From Neovahlkampfia damariscottae (lineage: Eukaryota), in assembly GCA_016618085.1 (NCBI GenBank), contig JABLTG010000038.1, positions 1 to 64,000 on the forward strand: a stretch of DNA of 64,000 nucleotides, given 5' to 3'. Positions within the stretch are counted from its first letter, which is position 1. The number at the start of each line of letters is the position of its first letter. The position numbers were made by a program, and so were the translations under genes. Below the pieces are notes generated by a model, which worked only from the letters and a program-made list of their open reading frames with translations, was not told the DNA's origin and searched no databases. Positions 1-12,085 of the stretch are shown here, piece by piece.

Positions 1-222
1 ACTTGAAGGTATACTTTTCACTTGTAGCAAGTCTTCTTTTTCTTTAGTCCACCAAAAAGGATACGAATCTTTTCCTTGTTTATATGTTGATTTCATATTT
101 CCTGTTTCTTTTGTTGAACTTTTTGTTCTTCAAGTTTTCTCTTTTTTATCACTTCTGTTGTTGATGTTGAAGTAACATTTTTTTCTTTCCAAAATGAATC
201 CAATTTGAGCTGTTTGGACATT
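1..222 (-). CDS. 5' part of an unknown protein with an N-terminal PIP-box-like motif (runs off window)
   Basis: ATG at 222 gives MSKQLKLDSFW (QxxLxxF[FW]) and basic KKRK; a probable 33-nt GT..AG intron removes the apparent stop. Confidence 0.5.
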
Positions 223-310
223 TTAAATACTTGAGATCTTTTTCAGTATTTTCTAGTTGAACAACTTCAAGTAAAAATTCTAAAAATAACTGGCAAAATT
301 AAATCTAATT

Positions 311-711
311 GGCCACTTTTATCACAATAACCATCAATTCATTGGCCATCAATCCTTTCAACAAATCGAAAAATTAATAATTGAAAAAAATTATTTGGAA
401 GCATCACAGGCTTATAATATTATTTCAAATCATTTACATGGTCATCATAGCATTGAAGAACATTCCATGTTTCCTCGAATTCAACAGCAAATAGAATTAT
501 TTGAAAAGAAAATGTGGAAAAAATAAAATCATTGTATGATGATCACTCTGAAATGACTGAGATGATGAATGAACTACATGAACTTTTTTCAATTGGACAA
601 TACGACGAAATTTTTGAAAAATGGAAATTATTCCAAAATCACATGACTAAACATTTCTTGGAGGAAGATATTTCAATTCCAATTATTATGAAATATAATG
701 TGGATATTTAA
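311..711 (+). pseudogene. Hemerythrin/HHE-domain gene, frameshifted and with no in-frame ATG
   Basis: HLHGHHSIEEHSMFP in one frame, then DDH...HMTKHFLEED in another frame after ~510; no canonical intron repairs it. Confidence 0.55.
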
Positions 712-770
712 ACTCTTAATTATAAATATTTTTCACCAATCATATTTCTGTATTTTTAAACAAACACAAA

Positions 771-1879
771 ATGGACACACAACACAGTTCATTGAATATT
801 TTATTGTCCATAACAATGTTACTTGGAGGGTGTTTATCCAATAATATCACATTAGAGTTGATGCTGTATGTTGACAGTGGCTGCGGTTCACTTTTAACAA
901 TTTGTCAATTTCTTTTGATAACTATACAAGGAATATTTCAGCAATTTGACTCAACAAAATTTTGGTTAAAAGACAGAAAAATACCTATTAAATTTCATCT
1001 CATTCAAGTCGTTTTGTTCTTTGGTTCAACAATAGCAAGCAATATAGCATATTCATATCATATTTCTTTACCTTTAATGAATCTATTCAGATCAGGAGCA
1101 TTGGCTATGAATTTAATTGTTGGTATGATCATTTTTAGATTGAAGTTTTGTTCCAAATTTTTTTTAATTTTCTTCTCTAGACAACCACTTTCAAAAATTT
1201 TTGCTGTATTGATGGTTACTTTTGGTATAGCAATAACTTCTTGGGAAACATCACAAACAGGTGGTAAAGTTTTTAATGAAGAAGTAATTTATATTTTGAA
1301 TTCATATTTTAGTTGCAATTTGAGGTCTTTATCATTGGAATTGGATTGATCATTTTCAGTTTATGTTTACAAGCAACTTTAGGAAATGTTCAACAATATG
1401 TTTTGAAAACATTTGAAGCTGATTATCGAGAAAATGTTTTTTATTCTGTAAGATTTTTAAAATTAATTTTCCAGCATCTTTTCAGTTTACCCTTTTTCTT
1501 TTTGATGACAGATGATTTACTGAAACATATTGAAATTTTCAGTGGCACAGAAAAATATAACAACTATGTATCAATACCATATGCATGGGTTTTAATGCTT
1601 TTCAATGTTTTAACACAGTAATTTCCAACTTTTTCCTCTCAATTTTCTAGATATCTTTGCATTTTTGGAGTTCATCGTTTGACAAGTCAAACCAGTTCAT
1701 TAACAACTCAATTATTATTGACAATTAGAAAATTCATTACATTGCTCATTAGTGTTGCAATGTTCAAACATACAATGAATTTGGTTCATTGGATTGGAGT
1801 CTTTTTTGTATTTGGTGGAACACTTGTGTTTTTTTATATTCAAAACAATGAAAAGAAAGAAAAAGAAAAAATTGAATAA
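771..1879 (+). CDS. SLC35B4: UDP-xylose/UDP-GlcNAc nucleotide-sugar transporter (SLC35B4/YEA4 family)
   Basis: GGCLSNNITLE, ISLPLMNLFRSG, TSSLT...LTIRKF motifs; 4 introns of 27-36 nt; KEKIE C-terminus. Confidence 0.85.
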
Positions 1880-1880
1880 A

Positions 1881-3369
1881 TTAGCTTCCAAATTGATTCA
1901 TGAACTTTTCTTGTCTTTTAATATCATCTTTAGAAATTGATGACTTCACTGATTGTAATGAAACTTCAAAGTCATTTCTAGTGATTGGAAGTGGTTTGAT
2001 GTATTCACTTGGGATATCTTTCAAACTTATTTTTTCAGCATTTGTGTCTTTCTCATCACATGGATAATACATTTCATTTTCAAATTTAAAAAAAGTTGAT
2101 TTTTGAAATCTACGAATAGGTTCCATGATGGCATTTCTAACTAAACAATTGAGATCTGATCCAGAAAAACTTCAATTCAATATGATCAAAAATTGATCTT
2201 ACAATTTAGTTTTTTCAACAACAAAATTCCAATCTTCTTCTTTCATTGTGGTTTCACAACTGGAAAGGTATGTTTTTAAAATGGAAAGTCTGGATGTTTC
2301 ATTTGGTAAAGAAATATAAATTCTTTTTTCAAATCTTCTTCTGACTGCAGAATCCAATTCCCAAGGTCTATTTGTTGCACCAAGAATCTACATAGTTAAT
2401 TTAGTGATTCCATTACAAAAATTTCATCTTTTGTGTTTGATAAACCTTGAATTTGAACTAAAAATTCTGTTTTGATTCTTCTTGAAGTATCATTTTCACC
2501 TTCATTTCTTTCTGAACATAATGCATCAATTTCATCAAGAAAAATAATTGAAGGTTGTCTCTTACGAGCTAAGGTGAAAAGATACTTCACAGATCTTTCT
2601 ACGATTAAAGTAGTTTTTGTGTTACTTTTCCGAGTCTCCGACCCATTTTGAAAGTAAATCTGAAGCAGAAACTGAAATGAATGTTACATTCGTTTCATTT
2701 GCTAACGCTTGAGCTAAAAGTGTTTTTCCAGTTCCAGGTAATCCATACAATAATATTGCCTTCCAAGGTTGTAAATTTCCAACAAACAATTGCGGGAATT
2801 GTTTTGGAAGAATTAAAGACTCAAATAAAGCTTCTTTAGCACTATTTAAACCTGAAATATCATCAAATGATACATTTGGTAAATATCTTGGATCTATGAT
2901 GCAGTCTTGTTTTTTAGATGACGTTGTTACTCACCTTCAAGAGGATGATTTGTTTTGTAATTTTCTTCATCTTGACTGTTTTGAGAATAACTAAAGAGAT
3001 CAATATTTTGACTATTGACCGATTCTATCAGTTAATTGTTCATAATTCAAACTTTCTTTTGGCTTTGTGGGAGGTTCCAAGAATTTCTTTGAATTTTGAA
3101 AAGTTTCGTCAATTCTTTGCAAAATAAGCTTCAAATATTTAAATTTTGATATTTTTCTCACTTGAATACTTTCATTCTCTTCAAACGAAATAGAACAATT
3201 CAAAAATTTTGATGCTTTTTCGTAAAATTTTAGAGCTTCGTCAATCTTGTTTTCTAATTCCTTTTCATACGCTCTATTTGCCCTTAATTTTAAGTTTTAT
3301 TTCAACCAAAAAATTATACCAAAAAAGCGCCTGTTTTTTGTAACTTTCTTTTGCTTCTGTTTCTTCCAT
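1881..3369 (-). CDS. VPS4: VPS4/katanin-family AAA ATPase with N-terminal MIT-like domain
   Basis: Walker A GLPGTGKT, Walker [39 protein letters not shown], Vps4-like C-terminus QFGS; multiple short introns. Confidence 0.8.
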
Positions 3370-3515
3370 AAAAAAAATCAACCAATAGAAAAAGCCTATG
3401 ACTTTTTGGTTTTTATAACGAAAAGGAATATTTTATTTCTATATAAAATGCATAAAGGATTATTTTTGACAGCATTCGAATTTTTTATCCAATCAAAACA
3501 ATTTTTATCGAGTCA

Positions 3516-4295
3516 ATGTTGTCTGAGGAAAGACTGAGCAAAGCCATTCATGAAAACAAATTAGATGAGTTGAAAGACATGATATTAGATGGATTAAATA
3601 TCAACAGGAAATACAAATATCCAGTTGGTTGTCAATATCTTGTTTTGAATCATGAAGAAATGAATTTAAGTGGTAAAAAAACAAAAACCATTGATTTTTT
3701 TTTAAAAGGTTATTATTTACCATACATAGATGGTGATTCAAGTGGTCAGTATATTGATGATTTCCAAAAAAAATTTGGTGGTGAAATTCAATGGACTCCT
3801 TTGATGTTAGCCTCTGCTTATGGTCGCCATTCAATAATAAATTTATTAATTTCAAAAGGTGCTAATATAAATGAAATAGATGCTTCTGGTAAAACGGCAA
3901 AAGAAATTGCCGAAGAATTCGAGCACAAAGTCAATTTTGATGGTGATGGTAACATTGTCTCAAAACTTGAACTAAAAGTTTCAAATTTAAAAAAAGAAAA
4001 TGAATTTTTTGAGTTAAAAGTCAAAGAACTTGAAGAAAAAATTCAGTACTTGGAAAAAAGACAATCAAGCTCTTCTGTGAAAAATTCAAATGCTCAGGTT
4101 GAAACTTCAAAAGAAGAACCAACAGAAAACACAAATATTAAAGCTGCTATTTATGATTATGATGGTGATGAAGGTGCTCTTTCCATCAAAACTGGTGAAA
4201 AATTTGAAATTCTTGATGTTAATGGAGAATGGTGTTGTGTCATTAATATTGCCACAAAAGAAGAAGGCTGGGTGCCTACTGATTATTTACAATAA
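3516..4295 (+). CDS. Ankyrin-repeat, coiled-coil and SH3 adaptor protein
   Basis: WTPLMLASAYGR...LLISKGANIN ankyrin; AIYDY...GEW...EGWVPTDY SH3. Confidence 0.85.
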   Translation: MLSEERLSKAIHENKLDELKDMILDGLNINRKYKYPVGCQYLVLNHEEMNLSGKKTKTIDFFLKGYYLPYIDGDSSGQYIDDFQKKFGGEIQWTPLMLASAYGRHSIINLLISKGANINEIDASGKTAKEIAEEFEHKVNFDGDGNIVSKLELKVSNLKKENEFFELKVKELEEKIQYLEKRQSSSSVKNSNAQVETSKEEPTENTNIKAAIYDYDGDEGALSIKTGEKFEILDVNGEWCCVINIATKEEGWVPTDYLQ

Positions 4296-4382
4296 ATAAT
4301 TTGTTTTGAAGAGCGAATTTGATTGGTTTTTGTGAACAACAATTTGCAAACCTCAAGTTTTTGAACTAAAAATAGAATACAC

Positions 4383-4396
4383 CCTATATATAAAAC
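4383..4396 (+). promoter_or_regulatory. TATA-box-like element upstream of the 4430 orphan gene
   Basis: CTATATATAAAAC about 35-45 nt before the ATG at 4430. Confidence 0.45.
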
Positions 4397-4429
4397 AACA
4401 ATTTAACTTGTGTTAACAACATCAAAACA

Positions 4430-5008
4430 ATGAATATACATCTCCAAAAGGTGAAGACATATCTCTCTGAAAGCTGCTCAAGTCATCAAAGTTACTTGTT
4501 GGAACATTTCCGTGAATTTCTTTCACCACTGTGCTCTTATCAAGAAATCATCAATCCACAAATACTACTTATTGAGTTAGTGAACCAGAAATACATTGTA
4601 CTTACTCAAGAACTCGTCAATTACACAACAATCTGTTTTCAAAACAGATCATCTCAGAAATACCAACTCATGCTGTATCAACTTAATTCTGAGATGAAAA
4701 AGGCATTTAAAGAAAGAAATTTTTTCAAAGCAATGTTGTACAAAGTTCAATATTTCTTAATTGCTTCTAGAAAGTTACCAAAATTTGTTTCTGAATTGAA
4801 ACAATTACTTTCTGAATTCTGTACTTTTACGGTGATAATTCACTCGGACACACTGATAGAAGAGTTAATAAAGATCAATTTTATCAAGTTCATTGATGGA
4901 AGAATATTTATCTCGGATTCAAAAAATGATGATTTTAGATTTGTTGAAAAAAAGAGATCTAGAGATCAAATTGAAGAATCCTACCTGAAAAGAAGTAAAT
5001 TATTTTAA
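4430..5008 (+). CDS. Hypothetical protein with bipartite NLS-like C-terminus
   Basis: 192-aa intronless ORF ending KKRSRD...LKRSKLF; AATAAA overlaps the stop. Confidence 0.6.
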   Translation: MNIHLQKVKTYLSESCSSHQSYLLEHFREFLSPLCSYQEIINPQILLIELVNQKYIVLTQELVNYTTICFQNRSSQKYQLMLYQLNSEMKKAFKERNFFKAMLYKVQYFLIASRKLPKFVSELKQLLSEFCTFTVIIHSDTLIEELIKINFIKFIDGRIFISDSKNDDFRFVEKKRSRDQIEESYLKRSKLF

Positions 5009-5084
5009 TAAATAGTTCGGTTTTTGAAATAATTTTAATTGATACTTTGTTTTTTCATCCAATCAGCATTCACTTCTAAGCAAC

Positions 5085-5463
5085 ATGTCAGGTAAGTTGT
5101 CTTTGAAGTACTTACACCTCAGATCAACCGTACGCAAAAATTGATGGACCAATAAATTCTGGAAGCAACTCCACTGATGATACTATGGCAATGGTACTGT
5201 AAGAAAAAAGATATTTTTAAATTTCTAGTTTTCTTTTGGGCTGTTTTGTTTTTCCATTCATTCATTTATTAAATGTGATCTACCTTAAATCACCAAGTAA
5301 AAACGCGAATTTACTTGCAAAAATTTCACTAGCTTGCTTCGGTTTAATCGTATGTAGCTTTGTTTTTCAATGTATCTGTTTTCTCTGCTTCTTTGGAGGT
5401 TTTGCAGTTATTTGGGGTTTATTTATTGGTGCAGCTCGTGCGGCTGGACATAATAATGCATAA
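5085..5463 (+). CDS. Small membrane protein (LGCFVFPFIHLLNV motif, loosely PEN-2-like)
   Basis: CCAATC at 5059, ATG 5085, two GTAAG..AG introns, hydrophobic segments. Confidence 0.6.
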
Positions 5464-5470
5464 AGAATTT

Positions 5471-6812
5471 TTATTTTTTTTTCATGATTTTTAAATACTT
5501 TTCATGTCTTCTTTTTGCGTCCAAGTAATAAATTCCCTCTGTAAAAAAAATTTAATTAATAATTCATTGATACCTTTATAAGAGTTTGGATATAATATTT
5601 TATCCACTGCCTCCACTTCAAAAGCAAAATGAAATAAATTTGTTGTTTTTCTTATTTTTGTTACTGGATGAACAACTTCAACTTTTACTCGACAATGAAC
5701 GATGTTATTTTCAAGATATACTACTTTTGAAGAAAGAACAGCAATATCTCCAATTGAAACTTTTTAGAAAATGAAATTAAAACTTCATATTTTTTGAATT
5801 ACTTGGTTCAATAAAATGAATTTCATCTAAATAAAGAAATCTGCAAAATGGTTTTCCATTATCAGTAAAAGATGAACCAAAGAAGTTTACGTTGATAAAA
5901 GCGATTTCAAAAGCACTTCTCATCACAAATCCACCAAAAATTTTGTTATGCACATTCTTAAATTGAGGGTGCTTTAAAAAAAGTTTTTAGTTGATCAAAT
6001 AGTGTATTACCATCCATAAATTGTTTTCAATTCTTGTTTCTTCTGGAGAAATTATTTTCTTTTCACAAATGAGGTCTCTAACATTTTGAGTTTTTTCAAG
6101 TTTCAAAGTTTCAATAAATTTGTCATGTAACAAGCGAATCTCTTCTGTATAAGGTGGATGAATGAACAAATGGGTCGCTGACTTTTCTTTTTTTTCAATT
6201 TTTCTTTCTAAAAAAAATAAATGTGAAAAAATGTGAAATTTCTTTTTTACGTTTTCCAAGTTCAAATAATGCTTTATCTTCATCCGTGATAGGATTTAGT
6301 TGATTTACTTTTTTTGATTTATTTGTTTCTTTGTCCAAACCAACCATTGTGAAATATGAAGTCAAAATCTGTTCATATTTTGAATCCTTTAATTGATCAA
6401 CGACCACCTGACATTCGATTGAACTATTTCCAACGTAAATAGGCCTTCCTCTAACACGAACTTTTTCATTATTTTTTAATTCTTGTAATAGTAAAATTGA
6501 ATCAACACTTGCTGTTACAATGGTCATATTTCTTTCATTATTTTCATCTATACCATCTGTATGTCTGAATATAAAAAATAATGAAAAATGTTACTTGTAA
6601 GCAACAGCACCAGCAAATGCGTCTAAGTCTTCCAAAATTTTTCCGATTCTTAAATTTCCAATAGAGTTCAAATACTGTTCTCTTAAGCCTTTGTCAGTAT
6701 CAAAATCATAATATTTTTCAAGGTACGAGTCTTTTGGTTGTTTAATCTTGACATTATACCCGCGAAAGACAATGGTTTTGTGCTTCAAAACTTTTTTGAA
6801 CAAACCAATCAT
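5471..6812 (-). CDS. ACOT9: Double hotdog-fold acyl-CoA thioesterase (ACOT9-like)
   Basis: RIGKILEDLDAFAG, IVTASVD, NKIFGGFVMRSAFE motifs across short introns. Confidence 0.85.
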
Positions 6813-6824
6813 TTTGCTTGCTTG

Positions 6825-7226
6825 TTACTTGGTGGTTACACTTTTTATAGCAGACAACAAAATTGTTTTTCTAATGAATTTACAGATATTTTGTATATAT
6901 TGAACCATACTTTCCTGAAGGATTCTATAATGCTTTTGTTGGTTTAATTCAAAATTGATCAATGGATCTTCAACAGATTCAACTGTAAACTGAAATTCTT
7001 CATATTCTTTTTCGTACCACTGTTTGGATAAAAGTTCATTCACTCTGTTTTGATACTCCACAAAAATTAATTTTAATTTTTTTGCTTTTTTGATGTATTT
7101 TTTATAGTTCTTATTCTGTGAATGTTTTTGAAGGATTTTGATTTGTTTCTCTAAGTGTAGGATTATCTTTTGAACATCAAATTCTTTTGTCAGTAATTCG
7201 TCTTGAAAAAGTTGTTTAATTTTCAT
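6825..7226 (-). CDS. Hypothetical protein (133 aa)
   Basis: Intronless ORF with GATTGG immediately before the ATG. Confidence 0.55.
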   Translation of the reverse strand: MKIKQLFQDELLTKEFDVQKIILHLEKQIKILQKHSQNKNYKKYIKKAKKLKLIFVEYQNRVNELLSKQWYEKEYEEFQFTVESVEDPLINFELNQQKHYRILQESMVQYIQNICKFIRKTILLSAIKSVTTK

Positions 7227-7338
7227 CCAATCAGAGTTAAAAAAATTTTAACACAAATTTTCTTTATTATTTTTAATAATTCATAATCTATTGAATGATA
7301 TCGTTTCCATCAAATTTTGGGACTTCAGTTCAAATGAT

Positions 7339-8046
7339 TCAATAAAGGAAAGGAAAGATTCTATTTTTTGTTGTTTGCTTATACACAATGTATTGCTTCC
7401 CAAATTTTTGTATCAAACACTCCTCTTCTGAATATAATCTTAAAATCCAAAGAGATATAAACAAAAAATTTCCAGTGAAGAAGATGCAATAATTTGATGA
7501 TGAAAGAGCCATTCCATTGACAATAATGAAAATACTTAAATACATTGGATGTCTAACATATTTGAATGGACCTGTTCTCACTAAGGATCCTTCTTTTAAA
7601 TCAATCAAAGGACTAAATGAATAACCAAGAACTAAATGTGTCCATAACATCAATAAAGCTCCAATTTCAAATAAAATCAATCCAAAACATTTTGCAGTAA
7701 AACTTAGGTGCATATCTTGAGACTGAACAAAGTTTTGAATTGGAAAAAAAAAAGTTATCAGCGTATCAACAATTGTTTTTGGAGCGACAAATTGCAAAAT
7801 ATCAACTCCTACATAAAATCCAACAGATAGTATATATGACCAAGTAGTAATTAAAATAATCAAAATATTGATTTTTGGTTCAATAACTGTTTCCAAAGTG
7901 GCTGTTTTTTGATTAATGTGTTGTTGAAAAAAATAATTCTTGATTAGTGGGTATTCAAAGAAATAAAATGAAGACAAAAGTCTAGATAACACAGTTTGTA
8001 TTCCAACCAAAATAAACAAAGTGTTCAATGGTTCATCAAACTTCAT
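7339..8046 (-). CDS. Isoprenylcysteine carboxyl methyltransferase/PEMT-family membrane protein
   Basis: LVRTGPFKYVRHPMY and EEECLIQKFGKQY motifs. Confidence 0.85.
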   Translation of the reverse strand: MKFDEPLNTLFILVGIQTVLSRLLSSFYFFEYPLIKNYFFQQHINQKTATLETVIEPKINILIILITTWSYILSVGFYVGVDILQFVAPKTIVDTLITFFFPIQNFVQSQDMHLSFTAKCFGLILFEIGALLMLWTHLVLGYSFSPLIDLKEGSLVRTGPFKYVRHPMYLSIFIIVNGMALSSSNYCIFFTGNFLFISLWILRLYSEEECLIQKFGKQYIVYKQTTKNRIFPFLY

Positions 8047-8105
8047 CTATGCACTGATCTAAAAAAAAGAAATATCCAATCAGCTACGACGAAGAAAAAT
8101 ATTAT

Positions 8106-9207
8106 TTATTTTTTTTTTGGTGTAACTTCTTCAGGTTTTGGTGCGTGTAACATAATATAACTCTTATCATCTTTCTTATAATATTCATGTCCTTTACTCC
8201 AATCATAAGAAACAGCATAAGCAAAAACTGATCCATCTTTGTTAAATCTACCAGCAACAACAGGTTTTGAACCTTCTTTAAATTTACCTAACCTTTGTTT
8301 TGATATTTTATCCCAGATGTGAAATGCACCATCAGCACCACAAGTGGCTAATGTATTAAATTGTGGATGATAATCCAAGCTATTGATTGCATAGACATCA
8401 TTATTAAGTCTATGACATCTAAAAGCAAATGATTTTACGTCATTTGTTTCATTGAATACATGAACAGCAACTCTTCCTTCAATTGAACCAACTGAAAATC
8501 CAGATTTATCTACATCAATAGCTATAGCTCTAATTTGATGTTTTAAAGGTGAAGGCATCACTTTCATTGGGTTTTGAGGTTTTCTTATATCATAAAGTAT
8601 GATTTGTGCATCAGCTGTTGCAACAACCGCCATTTCATCTCTAATTCTCATAGAATAAACACGTTCTGGTAAATTTACAGATAAAGAACATTTTCCTTGT
8701 CTTATATCCCAATATTTCATTGTTTTATCCCAACTTCCAGTTACTAAACATTGAATTCCTTCTGACCATTCTAAATTCTTTATTGGTGCATCATGTTTAG
8801 CAACTTGCTGTGGATTTGAACCTTGTTGTTGTGGGTTCCACATATATCCTCCATTATCACAACATCCTACAAATACTACATTTTCCTTTTTTAAAAAAAA
8901 ATTAAAAAATCTCTTAGTTACTTTATTGATTGAAATATCCAAAACTGGTTGAGGAAAAGCTTGTTTCGCAACAGCTTGTGCTTGAAAATTTGTTTTACTA
9001 CCCATTGATTGTTTTTGAACTTGCCAAACGTATACCTTAAATTTTTAAAATAATTAAAAAAAAAAAAGCGCCAACTCCTTTATCCCATGATCCTGAGTAT
9101 AGTATATCAGCTGAATGAGACCATTCTAAACATGATATCATTTCATTAGGTGTTTGAGGAACTTCATAATGTCCATTCGGATTATGATTTGAACTTTGTG
9201 AAAACAT
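8106..9207 (-). CDS. RAE1: mRNA export factor Rae1/Gle2 (WD40)
   Basis: SIEGRVAV, FAFRCHR, YAVSYDWSKGHE signature motifs. Confidence 0.93.
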
Positions 9208-9357
9208 TGAAAATTGAAAGAAACAGTTATCCAATCAATTTGTTTTTTTTCTTCCTAAAAATACACCAAAAGGAAAAGGAAAACTGAAAATTTTCACAAC
9301 CACATAAAATTTAAAAATCAGCTTAAAAGTAAAGTTGGAATCAATTTTGTTCATAAG

Positions 9358-9972
9358 ATGAAGAAAAAAAAAACAAATTTTAAATTTGTGATTTTGGGTG
9401 ATCCAAGAGTTGGTAAAAGTTGTATAAGGAAAAGATTTTGTAAAGATTCATTCAAAGAAGATTATAAAAAAACAAAAGGCATTCGAATGAAGTTGAAAAA
9501 ATTAACATTCAACAATATACAAATGAAACTGCAAATATTTGATGTACCTTCAAACTTACAACTTCAAATTTATAAAAATCTATTACATGATGCAGATGGA
9601 GTCATTTTTGTTTATGACATCACATCAAAAGAAACTTTTAAAATTGAAGAAGGACTACTGAATGAAATTAGATTCATAAAAGAAAACTATGGAACAAAAA
9701 TAACTATTGTTGGCAACAAAATCGATTTGGAAAAAAAACGAGAAGTTTCAACAAAAGAAGGAGAAGAATTTTCAACAAACGAAAAATTTTTTTTTTATGA
9801 AGTCAGCTCAAAAATGAATGTATATATAGATGAACTGTTTGTAAACATTGTAAATGAAAGAAGAAAAGATTACTTAGATGAAGAAGAACAAAATGAAGAG
9901 ATTAATCAACTTTTATTGGATAATGCAATTCAAAAACCAACTACATATCTTTGTTGTTGTTATTTTTATTGA
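9358..9972 (+). CDS. Divergent Rab-like small GTPase
   Basis: [20 protein letters not shown]-terminal CCCYFY; G3 motif degenerate (DVPS). Confidence 0.8.
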   Translation: MKKKKTNFKFVILGDPRVGKSCIRKRFCKDSFKEDYKKTKGIRMKLKKLTFNNIQMKLQIFDVPSNLQLQIYKNLLHDADGVIFVYDITSKETFKIEEGLLNEIRFIKENYGTKITIVGNKIDLEKKREVSTKEGEEFSTNEKFFFYEVSSKMNVYIDELFVNIVNERRKDYLDEEEQNEEINQLLLDNAIQKPTTYLCCCYFY

Positions 9973-10055
9973 ATATTTCAATCAAAATTAAACTTTTTAT
10001 TTCTGTTTTTCCTCCAATCATTTTTTCCCAACTTGTCAACCGTTTTCTATTTTTT

Positions 10056-11164
10056 ATGACAGAAGTTGGAACTGTGGTTGATAAAAATGCAAAACTAAAA
10101 GAATTTGGTATTAATTTAATGTACGGTGGATTGTCTGGAAGTATTACAAAAACAATAGTTGCTCCTCTGGAAAGGATAAAAATCGTTCTTCAAGTTCAAG
10201 ATTCATCCAAACAGGTAAAAAAAAATATTCTCCAAAATAAAACCTTTAAGATTCTAAAGGAACAAAGATATAAAGGTATTGTTGATTGTGGTGTCAGAAT
10301 GTACCGAGAACAAGGTTTTTTATCATTTTGGAGAGGAAATTGGTTTATATATTAAGTTTTGAAATTAATTTTTTTAGGACTAATGCAGTTGTTAGATATT
10401 TTCCAACTCAAGCAATGGGATTTGCTTTTGATGATAAAATTAGAACTCTCATCATGGATAAGAATAAACAATATTCTAAGTTAGATTATGTCAGCAGAAG
10501 TTTATTATGTGGAGCAATATCTGGAGCTATTGCTTCAACTGTAGTTTACCCAATAGATTTTGCACGTACAAGACTTTCTGCAGGTTCGAAACATAAAAAA
10601 AAATTTCACATTTTTTCACACAGACACCACTGAAAAAGGAAAATCAAAATTATACAAAGGACCATTCGATTGTATTGTAAAAACTGTAAAAAATGAAGGT
10701 GGTATTCCTTCTGTCTACAGAGGTTTTATGATTTCAATCTGGGGTTCAATCTTTTATAAAGGAATATATTTTGGTGGTTATGATGCCATAAAATTTTTGT
10801 ATAGAAAAGAAGAGAACCAAAGACTAAATTTTTGGGAAAAATGGGTAAAAATTGCATTTAATTTTTCTCATTTGTTAGTTAATCGGTCAAACAGTTACTA
10901 CAACAGCTCAATATGCTTCATATCCTTATGACACAATTAGAAGACGTTTAATGATGAGAGGTGGTGATGGTGTTGATGCTTTGTATAAGAATTCTTTTGA
11001 TTGTGCAAAGATTATATTGAAAGAAGAAGGTTTGATTGTTTTTTTTTTTTCACATTTTTCTCAAAGGCTTTAAAGGATTTTTTAAAGGTGCTTTGGCAAA
11101 CACATTTCGTGGGGTTGGTGGAGCTTTGGGTTTGGTAATGTATGATGCATTCAAGGGTGAATAA
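10056..11164 (+). CDS. AAC: Mitochondrial ADP/ATP carrier
   Basis: [26 protein letters not shown] signature; several 30-40-nt introns. Confidence 0.92.
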
Positions 11165-11279
11165 AAACTATTTGAATTTCATTTCAATTTTCCTTGAATT
11201 TTGTTGTTGAGCAAACCGAAAAAATCAAAGATTGTATCTTGCTTTGAATTAACAGCTTTTGAAGTTTTAACATATATAT

Positions 11280-11833
11280 TTATTCTAAATTGAGTTCTTC
11301 TTCAAGTGCTTTCGTTCTTTCATCTAAAAGAGCTGATTTTATATCAAGTTGTTCATAATCAAGAATTGTAGCTTTTCCACCACCGATATCTCCACAGTTC
11401 TCAGGTGAAAGTCCATTTTCAACACTTTTTTCTAATTTAATCCCGAGGTCACGTGTAGCAGCATCAGGGCTTCTTTTCAATTCGAAAGCAACATCAGAGC
11501 AATAACAATTTCCTACTCCTTCTGGACAGTAGGTTCTAAAAAATTAATAAATTCATGATTTACGCTAATCCATCGATTACAGATGAATTCAAAATAAAAA
11601 ACTTCACAGGTCTAACTTTTTTTATCTTGAACATTTTTGAACATTTCAAATCCAGCAAGAGGAAAATTTTGTTTTCTACAAGCTTTGCAAGAAAATGATT
11701 GTGTTTTTGGTGTTCCTGTGATAGGTATTAACTGTTGGTCAGGAGAATAATTGCTTGTTTTTTGAGCTTTTTTTGTGTGAGCTCTGGCTCTGAATTTCAA
11801 AGTTACTTTTCTGAAAAGGAGCGATTGGTACAT
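11280..11833 (-). CDS. Hypothetical Cys-motif protein (spliced model uncertain)
   Basis: CKAC then YCPEGVGNCYC across two probable introns; TATA-like TATTTATAA just upstream. Confidence 0.5.
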
Positions 11834-12085
11834 GAAGTGGCTTATAAATAGGTGAACATCTTAAACCTTGTTGACTTGCGCTTTTTCAAGGTGCCCAATA
11901 AACAAATCCAACGAGAGCAAGTGCAACAAAGAGAAAACACTTTCTATTGATTGGACAAACACTTTTTTTTTATTTTTTCAATTGCCATTTGATTGGCCAA
12001 ATTTCTCATGAGCTTTGTAAACGTTTATCAAACAAATTAACTTTTTCAGCCAAATTATAAAATCATAGATCCTCTGGTCGAGAAA

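Noticed and set aside
500..535. Euplotes-like AAA-TAA programmed frameshifting (also at ~52240)
   Set aside because: AAA-TAA is a common true gene end here, so the coincidence is expected; two cases are insufficient
2980..3055. Apparent 22-nt or non-canonical intron in VPS4
   Set aside because: A canonical 28-nt intron (GTTTGA...CTGATAG) restores the frame
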